A stretch of 32,000 nt of DNA from Massilicoli timonensis (GTDB taxonomy: Bacteria > Bacillota_I > Bacilli_A > Erysipelotrichales > Erysipelotrichaceae): positions 1,442,180 through 1,474,179 of the forward strand of contig NZ_LT963434.1 of NCBI RefSeq assembly GCF_900199515.1, read 5' to 3'. The notes beneath the pieces are model-generated. The model was not told the DNA's origin and did no database searches. It worked only from the letters and a program-made list of their open reading frames with translations. The translations under genes were made by a program, and so were the position numbers. Shown here one piece after another: positions 7,463 through 16,260 of this stretch; positions within the stretch are counted from its first letter, which is position 1; each line of letters starts with the position of its first letter.

Positions 7463-7963
7463 ATGATCTATATTTATATCGTAGGCCCCTTATTTAATCA
7501 GGCAGAGGCGAAGCAGCGTATCTATGAGGGGACATATTTGAAAAAACAGTTGGATTTGATCGACACACCTTATCAGATCGTCAATCCGATCGAACTGCCG
7601 GTCAATGACGGCGCTGCTGATTCAATCGCTATCTATCAGGCAGACTATCGGCATCAATGCAAGGCAAATGTCGTATTTTTTGATCTTTCTAACAGTGATA
7701 CCGGCAGCCATACTGCACTCGGTGTCATGCTGGAGAAAAAAAGGCAAAACCCGAAGATCCATCTATATCCGGTATTCAGCGATCAGCGTTTGAAGCGTAA
7801 CGGTGCTTTTGGATTAGAAAGTACGGTTGGCTTCAACTCTTATGTCGTCGGTGCGTTAAAAGCGAATCAGATTGCGATATACGATACTTTTGAACAAGCC
7901 GCAGAACAGTTTTTCAAAGATGTGCGGGCAGGCGCTTTCCATGAAGATGACGGCATTTCATGA
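7463..7963 (+). CDS. Nucleoside 2-deoxyribosyltransferase-like family protein
   Basis: The N-terminus IYIVGPLFNQAE resembles the (Y/F)xAGPLF..xE signature of PF05014-type proteins. The start was chosen at MIYIYI (ATG 7463, weak AGGGA upstream). The track start 7442 lies inside an inverted repeat. Confidence 0.6.
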   Translation: MIYIYIVGPLFNQAEAKQRIYEGTYLKKQLDLIDTPYQIVNPIELPVNDGAADSIAIYQADYRHQCKANVVFFDLSNSDTGSHTALGVMLEKKRQNPKIHLYPVFSDQRLKRNGAFGLESTVGFNSYVVGALKANQIAIYDTFEQAAEQFFKDVRAGAFHEDDGIS

Positions 7964-7996
7964 AAACAGTCATCAGATGTGATTTCGATAAAGTCC

Positions 7997-8025
7997 TTGT
8001 CAAAGGCTAGATCTTTCTATATAAT
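7997..8025 (+). promoter_or_regulatory. Sigma-A type promoter for the metG leader
   Basis: TTGTCA (7997-8002), a 17-nt spacer, then TATAAT (8020-8025). Confidence 0.7.
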
Positions 8026-8031
8026 AGAGAA

Positions 8032-8252
8032 GTAAAAGCGATGAAGAGAAGAGTACATTTCAGAAAGCGCGTAGAGAGCAGATGGATGGTGAAAATCTGT
8101 GGCAATCGGGAATGGAAGATGGCCTCGGAGCTGTTTTTTCGATAGGTAGAAAAAAACGCGGTGCCGGCGTTAAAGGCAAGAGGTGTCTATACAGACATGA
8201 ATAAAGGTGGTACCACGAAGCTTTCGTCCTTTGGCGAGAGCTTTTTATTTTC
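8032..8252 (+). promoter_or_regulatory. T-box leader (tRNA-sensing transcription attenuator), methionine specifier
   Basis: Stem I elements are GAAGAGAAGAGTA, the AG bulge AGAGAG (about 8073) and the distal loop GGTGAAAA. The candidate specifier AUG is at 8119-8121 (GAAG-ATG-G, aligned from my recollection of the glyQS layout), with 8112-8114 as an alternative. The T-box sequence AAAGGTGGTACCACG is at 8203-8217. The terminator AAGCTTTCGTC/GGCGAGAGCTT (8218-8243) is followed by TTTTTATTTT. Confidence 0.85.
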
Positions 8253-8273
8253 ATGAGAAATGGAGGAGAAAGT

Positions 8274-10253
8274 ATGTGTGAAAAATGCGGAAAGCCATAT
8301 TATTTGACGACAGCGATTGCCTATACATCAGGTAAACCGCACATCGGCAACACCTATGAAATTATTTTAAGCGATGCGATTGCCCGCTACCGCCGTTTAC
8401 AAGGATATGATGTATTCTTCCAGACGGGGACAGATGAGCATGGACAAAAGATCGAAGAGAAAGCCAAAGAAGCGAATGTAACACCGCAGGAGTTTGTGGA
8501 CGGTGTCGCGGCGGAAATCAAAAAGAACTGGGATATGATGAATACGTCCTATGATTATTTTGTGCGCACGACTGATGAGGCTCATGTAAAGCAAGTACAG
8601 AAAATTTTTAAGAAATTATATGAGCAGGGCGATATTTACAAAGGGAAATATGAGGGGCTGTATTGTACGCCGTGTGAATCGTTTTGGACTGAAAGTCAGT
8701 TGGTAGACGGGAAATGTCCGGACTGCGGCAGAGAAGTGCAGAAATCAGAGGAAGAAGCGTATTTCTTCAAAATGAATAAATATGCGGATCGCCTGATCAA
8801 GCATATCGAAACACATCCGGAATTCATTCAGCCGGAAAGCCGTAAAAATGAAATGTTGAATAACTTTTTGCGCCCGGGACTACAGGATCTTTGTGTATCC
8901 CGTACTTCTTTCAAATGGGGCGTGCCGGTTGATTTTGATGATAAGCATGTCGTGTATGTGTGGATCGACGCATTAAGCAATTATATTACGACGCTTGGAT
9001 ATGATGCCGATGGCAATCATGGGGCATTATATAAAAAGTATTGGCCGGCAGATGTGCATATCATCGGAAAAGACATTCTGCGCTTTCATACGATCTACTG
9101 GCCGATCATACTGATGGCGCTGGGAGAACCGTTGCCAAAGCAGGTGTTTGGGCATCCTTGGCTGCTGGTGGGCGATGGCAAGATGTCAAAATCAAAGGGC
9201 AATGCGATCTATGCGGAAGATCTGGTGCGCCATTTCGGTGTTGATGCGGTACGTTATTTCTGTCTGCATGAAATGCCGTTTGCGCAAGACGGTACGATTA
9301 CTTGGGAACTGATGATCGAACGCGTAAACAGCGATCTTGCCAATGTGCTGGGAAATCTGGTAAACCGCACCATTTCGATGTCGAATAAATACTTCAAAGG
9401 TCTGATTACCAATCCCGGTGTCAAAGAAGCAGTCGATGAGGAATTGATCGAACTGGCAAAGGCCACACCGAAAAAGGTGGAAACAAAAATGGACGAGCTG
9501 CGTGTTTGTGATGCCATTGATGAGATCTTTGCACTGTTGAGAAGATGCAATAAATATATTGATGAAACTACGCCTTGGGTATTAGGCAAAGAAGCGGATC
9601 AACAGGATCGTCTGGCGACGGTGCTGTATCATCTGTTAGAGTGTATTCGTATCTCTGCGATCTTGTTATCAAGCTTCATGCCGGAAACTGCGGAAAAGAT
9701 CTTGAAGCAGTTACAGACCAAAGAAACAAGCGATATGACATTTGGTTTGTTGGAAACCGGCATCCATGTATGTGAGAAACCGGAAATCTTATTTGCGCGT
9801 ATCGACGCTAAGGAAATGATGGCAAAGATCGAAGAAGAGCAGAAACAGGCGCAGAAAGAAAAAGCCAAAGAAGCAAAGAAAGAAGCAAAAGCTGCAGAAA
9901 AGAAAGAAGCAGCCGCAAAGGAACAGATCAATTTTGCGGACTTTGAAAAGATCGAACTGAAAGTAGGTGTGATCAAAGCGTGTGAAAAGCATCCAAATGC
10001 GGATCGCCTGCTGGTATTCCAAGTAGATCTGGGTGAAGAAAAGCCGCGGCAGATCGTTTCCAGCATAGCGAAGTTTTATGAACCAAGCGAAGTGATCGGC
10101 AAACGGGTGATCGTCGTAACCAATCTGAAACCGGCTAAATTCAGAGGCATGGAGTCAAACGGCATGTTGCTGTGTGCAACGGTTGGTGATGATGAGGACC
10201 TGGATCTGTTGACGATTACCAAAGACTTTGCCGGCGGAACCAGTGTTGACTGA
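8274..10253 (+). CDS. metG: Methionyl-tRNA synthetase with C-terminal tRNA-binding (Trbp111/EMAP-like) domain
   Basis: Contains the HIGN (HIGH-type) motif in TSGKPHIGNTYE, the KMSKS motif, and a CxxC...CxxC zinc knuckle. The C-terminus has the KHPNADRL...OB-fold motif. GGAGGAG lies at 8262-8268 before ATG 8274. Confidence 0.95.
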   Translation: MCEKCGKPYYLTTAIAYTSGKPHIGNTYEIILSDAIARYRRLQGYDVFFQTGTDEHGQKIEEKAKEANVTPQEFVDGVAAEIKKNWDMMNTSYDYFVRTTDEAHVKQVQKIFKKLYEQGDIYKGKYEGLYCTPCESFWTESQLVDGKCPDCGREVQKSEEEAYFFKMNKYADRLIKHIETHPEFIQPESRKNEMLNNFLRPGLQDLCVSRTSFKWGVPVDFDDKHVVYVWIDALSNYITTLGYDADGNHGALYKKYWPADVHIIGKDILRFHTIYWPIILMALGEPLPKQVFGHPWLLVGDGKMSKSKGNAIYAEDLVRHFGVDAVRYFCLHEMPFAQDGTITWELMIERVNSDLANVLGNLVNRTISMSNKYFKGLITNPGVKEAVDEELIELAKATPKKVETKMDELRVCDAIDEIFALLRRCNKYIDETTPWVLGKEADQQDRLATVLYHLLECIRISAILLSSFMPETAEKILKQLQTKETSDMTFGLLETGIHVCEKPEILFARIDAKEMMAKIEEEQKQAQKEKAKEAKKEAKAAEKKEAAAKEQINFADFEKIELKVGVIKACEKHPNADRLLVFQVDLGEEKPRQIVSSIAKFYEPSEVIGKRVIVVTNLKPAKFRGMESNGMLLCATVGDDEDLDLLTITKDFAGGTSVD

Positions 10254-10468
10254 TGTCTGCTTATAAAAGATATATGATCCTGCATGGCATGCTGGCGGTG
10301 CTGGGCGTGTTTATGATCGTGAAGGCCGATCGGTTGAGTGATACGCCTATCGCCTTTGTCGTGATCGGACTGTTCTGCATTGCCGTTGCGGCGGGGAAAA
10401 TGGTATTGTTGAAAAAGACGATGCAGGATGATGTGGAGGAAGAAACAGATTCGCTTGATGACAGATAA
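10253..10468 (+). CDS. Hypothetical small membrane protein (71 aa, 2 predicted TM helices, acidic tail)
   Basis: The ATG overlaps the metG stop (TGATG), suggesting translational coupling. There are two hydrophobic segments. No family was recognised. Confidence 0.4.
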   Translation: MSAYKRYMILHGMLAVLGVFMIVKADRLSDTPIAFVVIGLFCIAVAAGKMVLLKKTMQDDVEEETDSLDDR

Positions 10469-10594
10469 GCAGCAGGAGCATACGATAAGAAGAATGAAAA
10501 AAGATCGTGAAGAAAATAAGTCTTGGTATCTGGTCATTAGCGCTGTGATATTATCTATGAGCAGGTTTAGCGGCGAAGGATAAGAAAGACAAAT

Positions 10595-10668
10595 AAAAAA
10601 GACGATACCCGTCGATTTGAGAGGGAGGAAATGCTAAGGCATATCCTTTCAGATGGATCGTCTTTTTC
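10595..10668. terminator. Long hairpin acting as a probable bidirectional terminator between metG (+) and the AraC regulator (-)
   Basis: AAAAAAGACGAT (10595-10606) pairs with ATCGTCTTTTT (10657-10667). T-runs follow on both strands. The interior of about 50 nt is large, so strength is uncertain. Confidence 0.45.
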
Positions 10669-10703
10669 TTTCTGCTTCTATAAGCATCTTTGTAAAAGTC
10701 GTA

Positions 10704-11546
10704 TCAGCTTTCTTCCGCTTGTCTTTGCAGCTTGCGATAGGCATTAGGCGATAAATGGGTGGAACGGCGAAATGCCTGGGTAAAATAAGACTGTGAGGAA
10801 AAACCGACGATATTGGCAATATCCATGATGCGGTGATTGGTATTTTGCAACAGCATCTTTGCTTCTTCGATCCGCAGCTCCAGCTGGTAATTGATCGGTG
10901 AAACACCAAAGTGTTTCTTGAAGGCATGCACCAGATAATACTTATTTAAGAAAGCGGCTTCGCTTAACTGATCAAGGGTAATTTCCTCTTTGAAATGATC
11001 TTCGATATACTTCTTCAAGAACAGACATTCCTGTGGAATCTGTTTGGCGGAGGTCAATTCAACACGTGCGGAAGTGCGACGAATGACGTTTAAGATCAAG
11101 ATCTCAAGCAGATCATGCTTGATCAAAGAGGAGAGCTCATCTTTATTGCTTGCTTCTAACAGCAGTGTTTTCAAGTAAAATAAGACCTCGTGCTTATAGT
11201 CATAGTAATTATGCAGGACGAAGTCATTATCGCCGAACTTGCTTTTCGCAAAGAAATTCAGGTGTTCAATGCCTAAGACGATATATTCCAGATTACTGCC
11301 GCGGGTGCTTTGTTCCGTATGCGGCACATGTGGATTTACCAGGATCAGATCGTCTGCCGAAATATCATAGCAGGCCTCTTTGACGATGAATTTGCCTTTT
11401 CCGCTCAGCACATAGAATAATTCGGTAAAAGGGTGAGTGTGCGGGATAGACAGCCAGTTGGCATCATAACTGGAATGTTTGACATAAAGCAGTTTTGTGC
11501 CGGGCAGGATGTCCGCAAAGGATGTTTCATTGGCTTCTTTGTTCAT
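10704..11546 (-). CDS. AraC family transcriptional regulator (N-terminal cupin sensor plus C-terminal double HTH)
   Basis: The C-terminus ...IMDIANIVGFSSQSYFTQAFRRSTHLSPNAYR is a canonical AraC HTH. The N-terminus has the cupin-like PHTHPFTELFYVLSGKG. The RBS AAGAGG precedes ATG 11546. The track start 11600 is an upstream extension. Confidence 0.88.
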   Translation of the reverse strand: MNKEANETSFADILPGTKLLYVKHSSYDANWLSIPHTHPFTELFYVLSGKGKFIVKEACYDISADDLILVNPHVPHTEQSTRGSNLEYIVLGIEHLNFFAKSKFGDNDFVLHNYYDYKHEVLFYLKTLLLEASNKDELSSLIKHDLLEILILNVIRRTSARVELTSAKQIPQECLFLKKYIEDHFKEEITLDQLSEAAFLNKYYLVHAFKKHFGVSPINYQLELRIEEAKMLLQNTNHRIMDIANIVGFSSQSYFTQAFRRSTHLSPNAYRKLQRQAEES

Positions 11547-11706
11547 ATCAATACCTCTTTTTTCTTTATTATACGAGAACTGCGGAATAGGTACAAGCAA
11601 GAAACATGTCTTTTATGACGGATACAGTAAAAAAATTTAATATTTTTGCGTTATCGTTTTAATATGAAAGCAATATATATAAAGTTTGTAGCAATAAAAA
11701 TCTATT

Positions 11707-11720
11707 TTTAAGCGCTTACA
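11707..11720. promoter_or_regulatory. Candidate catabolite-responsive element (cre, CcpA site)
   Basis: TTTAAGCGCTTACA matches TGWAANCGNTNWCA at 13 of 14 positions. It lies 50 nt upstream of the solute-binding protein start. Confidence 0.55.
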
Positions 11721-11769
11721 TCATGTATATTGATACTAGGAGTTCTACCATGACACAAGGAGGAATTTT

Positions 11770-13101
11770 ATGAAAAAATTAGTCATGATGGGTATGTGCG
11801 CACTGATGGCTGTCGGTGTGTTGGCAGGCTGTTCGACTGAAACAGAATCTGATAACAATACCCTAACGATCGCCGGATTGGAAGGCGGTTATGGTAAAGA
11901 AGGCTGGGAGGCAGTTGTAGCTGAATTCGAAAAAGAATACGATGTGAAAGTGGAATTGACCCTTTCTAAGACAATCGAAAAAGAACTGCGTCCGGAAATC
12001 CAGGCAGGCAATGTTCCTGATTTGATTTACTTGTCAGTTGGATCTACAGAAGGTTTGACCGATACGATGATCAAAGAAAAGAACGTACTGGAAATCAATG
12101 ATGTACTGGATCTGGAAGTTCCGGGAGAAGATGTAACAGTTGGCGATAAGCTGATCGACGGAATCGAAGAAAACTTAAATACGATGCCTTATGGTGACGG
12201 CAATCTGTATTTGATGCCGATCAACTATGGACCTTGCGGTCTGTATTACAATGCCGGTCTGTTTGAAGAAAAAGGCTGGTCAGTACCGACTACCTGGGAT
12301 GAAATGTGGGAACTGGGCGACAAAGCCAAAGCAGAAGGAATCTATCTGTTCACTTATCCTACTACCGGTTACTTTGACGCATTCTTCTCTGCATTGTTAA
12401 ATGAAACTGCAGGACCTGATGTTTACTCTAAACTGATGGCTTACGACAGTGCAGCATGGAAAGAAGCTTCCGTTAAAGAAGCATTTGAAATCGTTGGAAA
12501 ACTGGCTCAGTACACAGAACCGACGACAGTTGCAAACGCAAATGGTGATAACTTCAAGAAAAATCAGCAGTTGATCCTTGACAACAAAGCGCTGTTCATT
12601 CCTAACGGAAACTGGTTACCGGGCGAAATGGCAGAAGCACCTCGTGCAGACGGCTTCAAATGGGGCGTAACTGCATTGCCAAAAGTCGGTGAAGACGGAA
12701 CTGCTTATGCAACGACCTTCACAGAACAGATCTATATCCCGAAAGATGCAAAGAATGCAGATCTGGCAAAGAAATTCTTAGCATTCATGTATTCTGAAAA
12801 AGCGGTTAAAGCATTCTATGAAAACGGCGGTGCGCTGATGCCGGTCAAAGGTATCACGGACGTTATGGGTGAAGATGATGAAAACCGTGTTTACAACGGT
12901 GTTTATGAATCAGGCGCAAGCGCTAACGGCGTAGGCTTCATGGTTATGGATAACATGCCGGAAGGTGTAAACGTATCAGATGCAAACAAAGGTATCCTGT
13001 ATGCGACAGTAAACTCTGTAGTAAACGGTGAAAAGACTGTTGATGAATGGTACAATGAAGTAGTCGCAGCCGTTGAAAAGATTGAAGAAGCAAACAAATA
13101 A
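11770..13101 (+). CDS. ABC transporter extracellular solute-binding lipoprotein (carbohydrate, family 1)
   Basis: Signal peptide with lipobox LAGCS. The size is 443 aa, and it is the first gene of the transporter operon. RBS AAGGAGG. Confidence 0.88.
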   Translation: MKKLVMMGMCALMAVGVLAGCSTETESDNNTLTIAGLEGGYGKEGWEAVVAEFEKEYDVKVELTLSKTIEKELRPEIQAGNVPDLIYLSVGSTEGLTDTMIKEKNVLEINDVLDLEVPGEDVTVGDKLIDGIEENLNTMPYGDGNLYLMPINYGPCGLYYNAGLFEEKGWSVPTTWDEMWELGDKAKAEGIYLFTYPTTGYFDAFFSALLNETAGPDVYSKLMAYDSAAWKEASVKEAFEIVGKLAQYTEPTTVANANGDNFKKNQQLILDNKALFIPNGNWLPGEMAEAPRADGFKWGVTALPKVGEDGTAYATTFTEQIYIPKDAKNADLAKKFLAFMYSEKAVKAFYENGGALMPVKGITDVMGEDDENRVYNGVYESGASANGVGFMVMDNMPEGVNVSDANKGILYATVNSVVNGEKTVDEWYNEVVAAVEKIEEANK

Positions 13102-13129
13102 GAATTAAATCAGTGAAACAATAAAGAAT

Positions 13130-13157
13130 ATAGCGTTGGAAAATATTCCAACGCTAT
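13130..13157 (+). other. Intra-operon stem-loop after the binding-protein gene (mRNA stabiliser or partial terminator)
   Basis: ATAGCGTTGGA (13130-13140) pairs perfectly with TCCAACGCTAT (13147-13157) over 11 bp around a 6-nt loop. Only a short TTTC follows. Confidence 0.55.
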
Positions 13158-13178
13158 TTCTGAAAAGAGGGATAATCA

Positions 13179-14075
13179 ATGAACAAGAAAAAAGCGAAAA
13201 AATGGTTTGTGATTGCCTGTCTTTCCCCGGCAATGATCCTATTTGCGATATTCATGCTATATCCGACAATTAGTATCTTTGCCATGTCTACATTCAGATG
13301 GGGCGGGCTTTCTTCCAACAAAGTATTTGTGGGACTGCATAATTTTCAGACACTGATGCAGGATATGAATTTTATTCGCGCATTGCAGAATACGATTTTC
13401 ATCATTGCGATCGTTACGGTCATTACGATGGCGATTGCGATTTTGTTCGCATCGATTCTCGTGCGGGAAAAGATCAAGGGGCAAAATTTCTTCAGAGTGG
13501 TATTCTATATTCCTAATATTTTGTCAGTTGTCGTAATTTCATCTATTTTCTCAGCAATCTATGATCCTTCCGAACAGGGAATGATCAACAGTGTCTTGTC
13601 GATGTTGAATGGCGAAGGCTGGGAAACGATCAAATTCTTAGGGGATTCTAAGATCGTCTTATATGCGATCGTAGGGGCGATGATCTGGCAGGCGATCGGT
13701 TACTATATGGTCATGTATATGGCGAGCATGAGTACGATTCCGGAACACCTGTATGAAGCGGCTGCTTTGGAAGGAGCGGGCAAGGTGCGTCAGTTCTTCT
13801 CGATCACGCTGCCGATGATTTGGGACAACATTCGTACGACGCTGACATTCTTCGTGATTTCAACGATCAATTTATCGTTCCTGTTCGTAAATGTCATGAC
13901 GAACGGCGGACCTAACGGAGCAAGTGAAACAGTATTGAGTTATATGTATAGCCAAGCTTATTCCAATGCGAGCTTCGGTTATGCAATGGCGATCGGTACC
14001 GTGGTATTCATTTTATCATTTGGTCTTTCTTTTGCGATCAACCGGGTAACCGAACGTGATAATATTGAAATTTAG
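13179..14075 (+). CDS. Carbohydrate ABC transporter permease (MalF/UgpA-like)
   Basis: 298 aa, multi-TM, with an EAA-type loop YEAAALEGAGKVRQFFSITLP. Confidence 0.9.
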   Translation: MNKKKAKKWFVIACLSPAMILFAIFMLYPTISIFAMSTFRWGGLSSNKVFVGLHNFQTLMQDMNFIRALQNTIFIIAIVTVITMAIAILFASILVREKIKGQNFFRVVFYIPNILSVVVISSIFSAIYDPSEQGMINSVLSMLNGEGWETIKFLGDSKIVLYAIVGAMIWQAIGYYMVMYMASMSTIPEHLYEAAALEGAGKVRQFFSITLPMIWDNIRTTLTFFVISTINLSFLFVNVMTNGGPNGASETVLSYMYSQAYSNASFGYAMAIGTVVFILSFGLSFAINRVTERDNIEI

Positions 14076-14086
14076 GAGGGCGCATT

Positions 14087-14965
14087 ATGGAAAAGAAAAA
14101 ACAGAAAAAACAACTCTCTCTCTATAAAATTTTCATCTATGTCGCCTTATTGACGCTGGCGATCAGCATTCTTGTACCGGTGCTTTGGGTATTTATGGCA
14201 TCCGTGAAAGAAAATGCGGAATTTTACCGTAATCCATGGGCGCTGCCGGCAGGATTCCATTTTGAAAACTTTGTAGAAGCGTTTACGGAAGCGAATATGG
14301 GAACCTTTATGTTAAACTCTGTGCTTGTAACGGCACTCTCGCTTATCATCTTGCTGGTGGTGTCGCTGCCGGCGGCCTATGTACTGGCACGCTTCCAATT
14401 CAAGGGCAAGAAATTCTGGAATACGCTGATGATGGCGGGTCTGTTTATCAATGTAAACTATATCGTTGTACCGATCTTCCTGATGTTGAATGATGGAGAT
14501 CGTTTCCTGCGGCAGTTTAACTTAAAATTCTTTTTGGATAATCCGATCATGCTTTCCGTCGTTTATGCGGCTACGGCAATTCCGTTTACCGTATATCTGC
14601 TGAGCAGTTATTTCCGTTCTTTGCCGAAGGCATATGAAGAAGCGGCGTTGATTGATGGCTGCGGTTATTTTAAGACGATGTTTAAGATCATGATTCCAAT
14701 GGCGAAGCCAAGCATCATTACGGTGATCTTGTTTAACTTCCTGGCATTCTGGAACGAATATATCATTGCCTTGACCTTGATTCCGGGACCGAATAAGACA
14801 CTGCCGGTCGGCTTGCAGAATTTGATGGCAGCACAGAAAGCGGCTACCAACTATGGTCCGCAATACGCGGGACTTGTCATCGTTATGCTGCCGACGCTGA
14901 TCTTGTATATCTTAGTGCAGAAAAAATTGACGCAGGGCATGACCCTTGGCGGATTGAAGGACTAG
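14087..14965 (+). CDS. Carbohydrate ABC transporter permease (MalG/UgpE-like)
   Basis: 292 aa, multi-TM, with an EAA loop YEEAALIDGCGYFKTMFKIMIP. Confidence 0.9.
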   Translation: MEKKKQKKQLSLYKIFIYVALLTLAISILVPVLWVFMASVKENAEFYRNPWALPAGFHFENFVEAFTEANMGTFMLNSVLVTALSLIILLVVSLPAAYVLARFQFKGKKFWNTLMMAGLFINVNYIVVPIFLMLNDGDRFLRQFNLKFFLDNPIMLSVVYAATAIPFTVYLLSSYFRSLPKAYEEAALIDGCGYFKTMFKIMIPMAKPSIITVILFNFLAFWNEYIIALTLIPGPNKTLPVGLQNLMAAQKAATNYGPQYAGLVIVMLPTLILYILVQKKLTQGMTLGGLKD

Positions 14966-14977
14966 GAGGCAGAGGCT

Positions 14978-15142
14978 ATGGAAAAAGGAAAAGTGATTTT
15001 ACTAGCGCTGCTCTTTGTCATCAGCATGGGATTGGTGATCTATGGCCAGCAGACAGTAGGCTATGGCTATTTGGCAATGGAAATCGTCGGGTTATGCGGT
15101 ATTTTATTTGTTGTGTACTGCTATAACCGCCAATACAAATAG
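14978..15142 (+). CDS. Unannotated 54-aa two-TM micro-protein [54 protein letters not shown]
   Basis: Hand-translated; it is below the track cutoff. AGGAGG (14964-14969) lies 8 nt before the ATG. Its TAG stop is embedded in the SD (TAGGAGGG) of the next gene. It exactly fills the gap between the permease and ATPase genes. Confidence 0.6.
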   Translation: MEKGKVILLALLFVISMGLVIYGQQTVGYGYLAMEIVGLCGILFVVYCYNRQYK

Positions 15143-15153
15143 GAGGGTGTAGA

Positions 15154-16245
15154 ATGGCGACATTATCATTAAAAAATATCAATAAAATTTACGATAACAA
15201 CGTACAGGCAGTATTTGATTTTAATTTAGATATTACCGACGGAGAATTTATCGTATTCGTAGGTCCCAGCGGATGTGGAAAATCTACGACGCTGCGCATG
15301 ATCGCAGGATTAGAGGACATTACGAGCGGTGAATTTTATATTGACGGCAAACTGATGAATGATATCGCGCCGAAGGATCGCGATATTGCCATGGTTTTCC
15401 AGTCTTATGCGCTTTATCCGCATATGAGCGTCTATGATAATATGGCATTTGGCTTAAAGATCAAAAAGACGCCGAAAGAAGAAATCGATCAGCGTGTAAA
15501 GGAAGCTGCGAAAGCGCTGGAGATCGAACAGTATCTGGATCGTAAACCGAAAGCGCTGTCCGGCGGACAAAGACAGCGTGTTGCGCTTGGACGTGCGATC
15601 GTCAGAAATGCGAAAGTGTTTTTGATGGATGAACCGCTTTCCAATTTGGATGCGAAGCTGCGTGTGCAGATGCGTTCTGAGATCATTCGTCTGCATGAGC
15701 GTTTGAAAGCAACGACGATTTATGTAACGCATGACCAGACCGAAGCCATGACGATGGCAACACGTATCGTCGTTATGAGAGGCGGCTATATCCAGCAGAT
15801 CGGAACACCGAGAGAGATTTACCGCAATCCTGCCAATATGTTTGTAGCGGGATTCATCGGTGCGCCGGCTACCAATTTCTTAAAAGGCGTATGTCATGGC
15901 AAAACATTTGAAATCGGCAGCAAGACGATCGAACTGCCGGAAATGTTCCATGATGTATTGAAAGACTACGAAGGAAAAGAACTGTACCTGGGCATTCGTC
16001 CGGAAGACCTCTATGAAGAAGGAATCGTTGCGGAAACTTATCCGAGCGCGAAACTGGATTATGACATTGAAGTGCATGAATTGCTGGGACATGAGATCAT
16101 TTTACATGGCAAAGCGGAAGGACAGAAATTGCAGGCAAAGATTTCCGCTCGTCAAAATGTGGAATCCCATACGACGATCGCACTTACGATGGATATGAGC
16201 AAGGTGCATTTCTTTGATCCGGAAACGGAAAACCGCATTGATTAA
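15154..16245 (+). CDS. Sugar ABC transporter ATP-binding protein (MsmK/MalK/UgpC family)
   Basis: Contains Walker [10 protein letters not shown], the signature LSGGQRQR, Walker [12 protein letters not shown], and a C-terminal MalK-type regulatory domain. Confidence 0.93.
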   Translation: MATLSLKNINKIYDNNVQAVFDFNLDITDGEFIVFVGPSGCGKSTTLRMIAGLEDITSGEFYIDGKLMNDIAPKDRDIAMVFQSYALYPHMSVYDNMAFGLKIKKTPKEEIDQRVKEAAKALEIEQYLDRKPKALSGGQRQRVALGRAIVRNAKVFLMDEPLSNLDAKLRVQMRSEIIRLHERLKATTIYVTHDQTEAMTMATRIVVMRGGYIQQIGTPREIYRNPANMFVAGFIGAPATNFLKGVCHGKTFEIGSKTIELPEMFHDVLKDYEGKELYLGIRPEDLYEEGIVAETYPSAKLDYDIEVHELLGHEIILHGKAEGQKLQAKISARQNVESHTTIALTMDMSKVHFFDPETENRID

Positions 16246-16260
16246 ACGGAGCGTGATGTT

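Noticed and set aside
9831-9926. Lys/Glu/Ala-rich low-complexity stretch (EEEQKQAQKEKAKEAKKEAKAAEKKEAAAKEQ) that produces long antisense ORFs (9629..10066 and 9789..10022, minus)
   Set aside because: It sits exactly between the MetRS anticodon-binding domain and the C-terminal tRNA-binding domain, so it is a flexible linker. The antisense ORFs are artefacts of the purine-rich repeat.
10076-10537. 153-aa minus-strand ORF overlapping the end of metG
   Set aside because: It is antisense to a confidently called gene, with a Ser/Arg/His-rich nonsense-like composition and no RBS.
10621-10760. ATG at 10631 preceded by GAGGGAGG
   Set aside because: The SD-to-ATG spacing is only 2 nt. The frame lies inside the terminator hairpin and runs antisense into the AraC gene.
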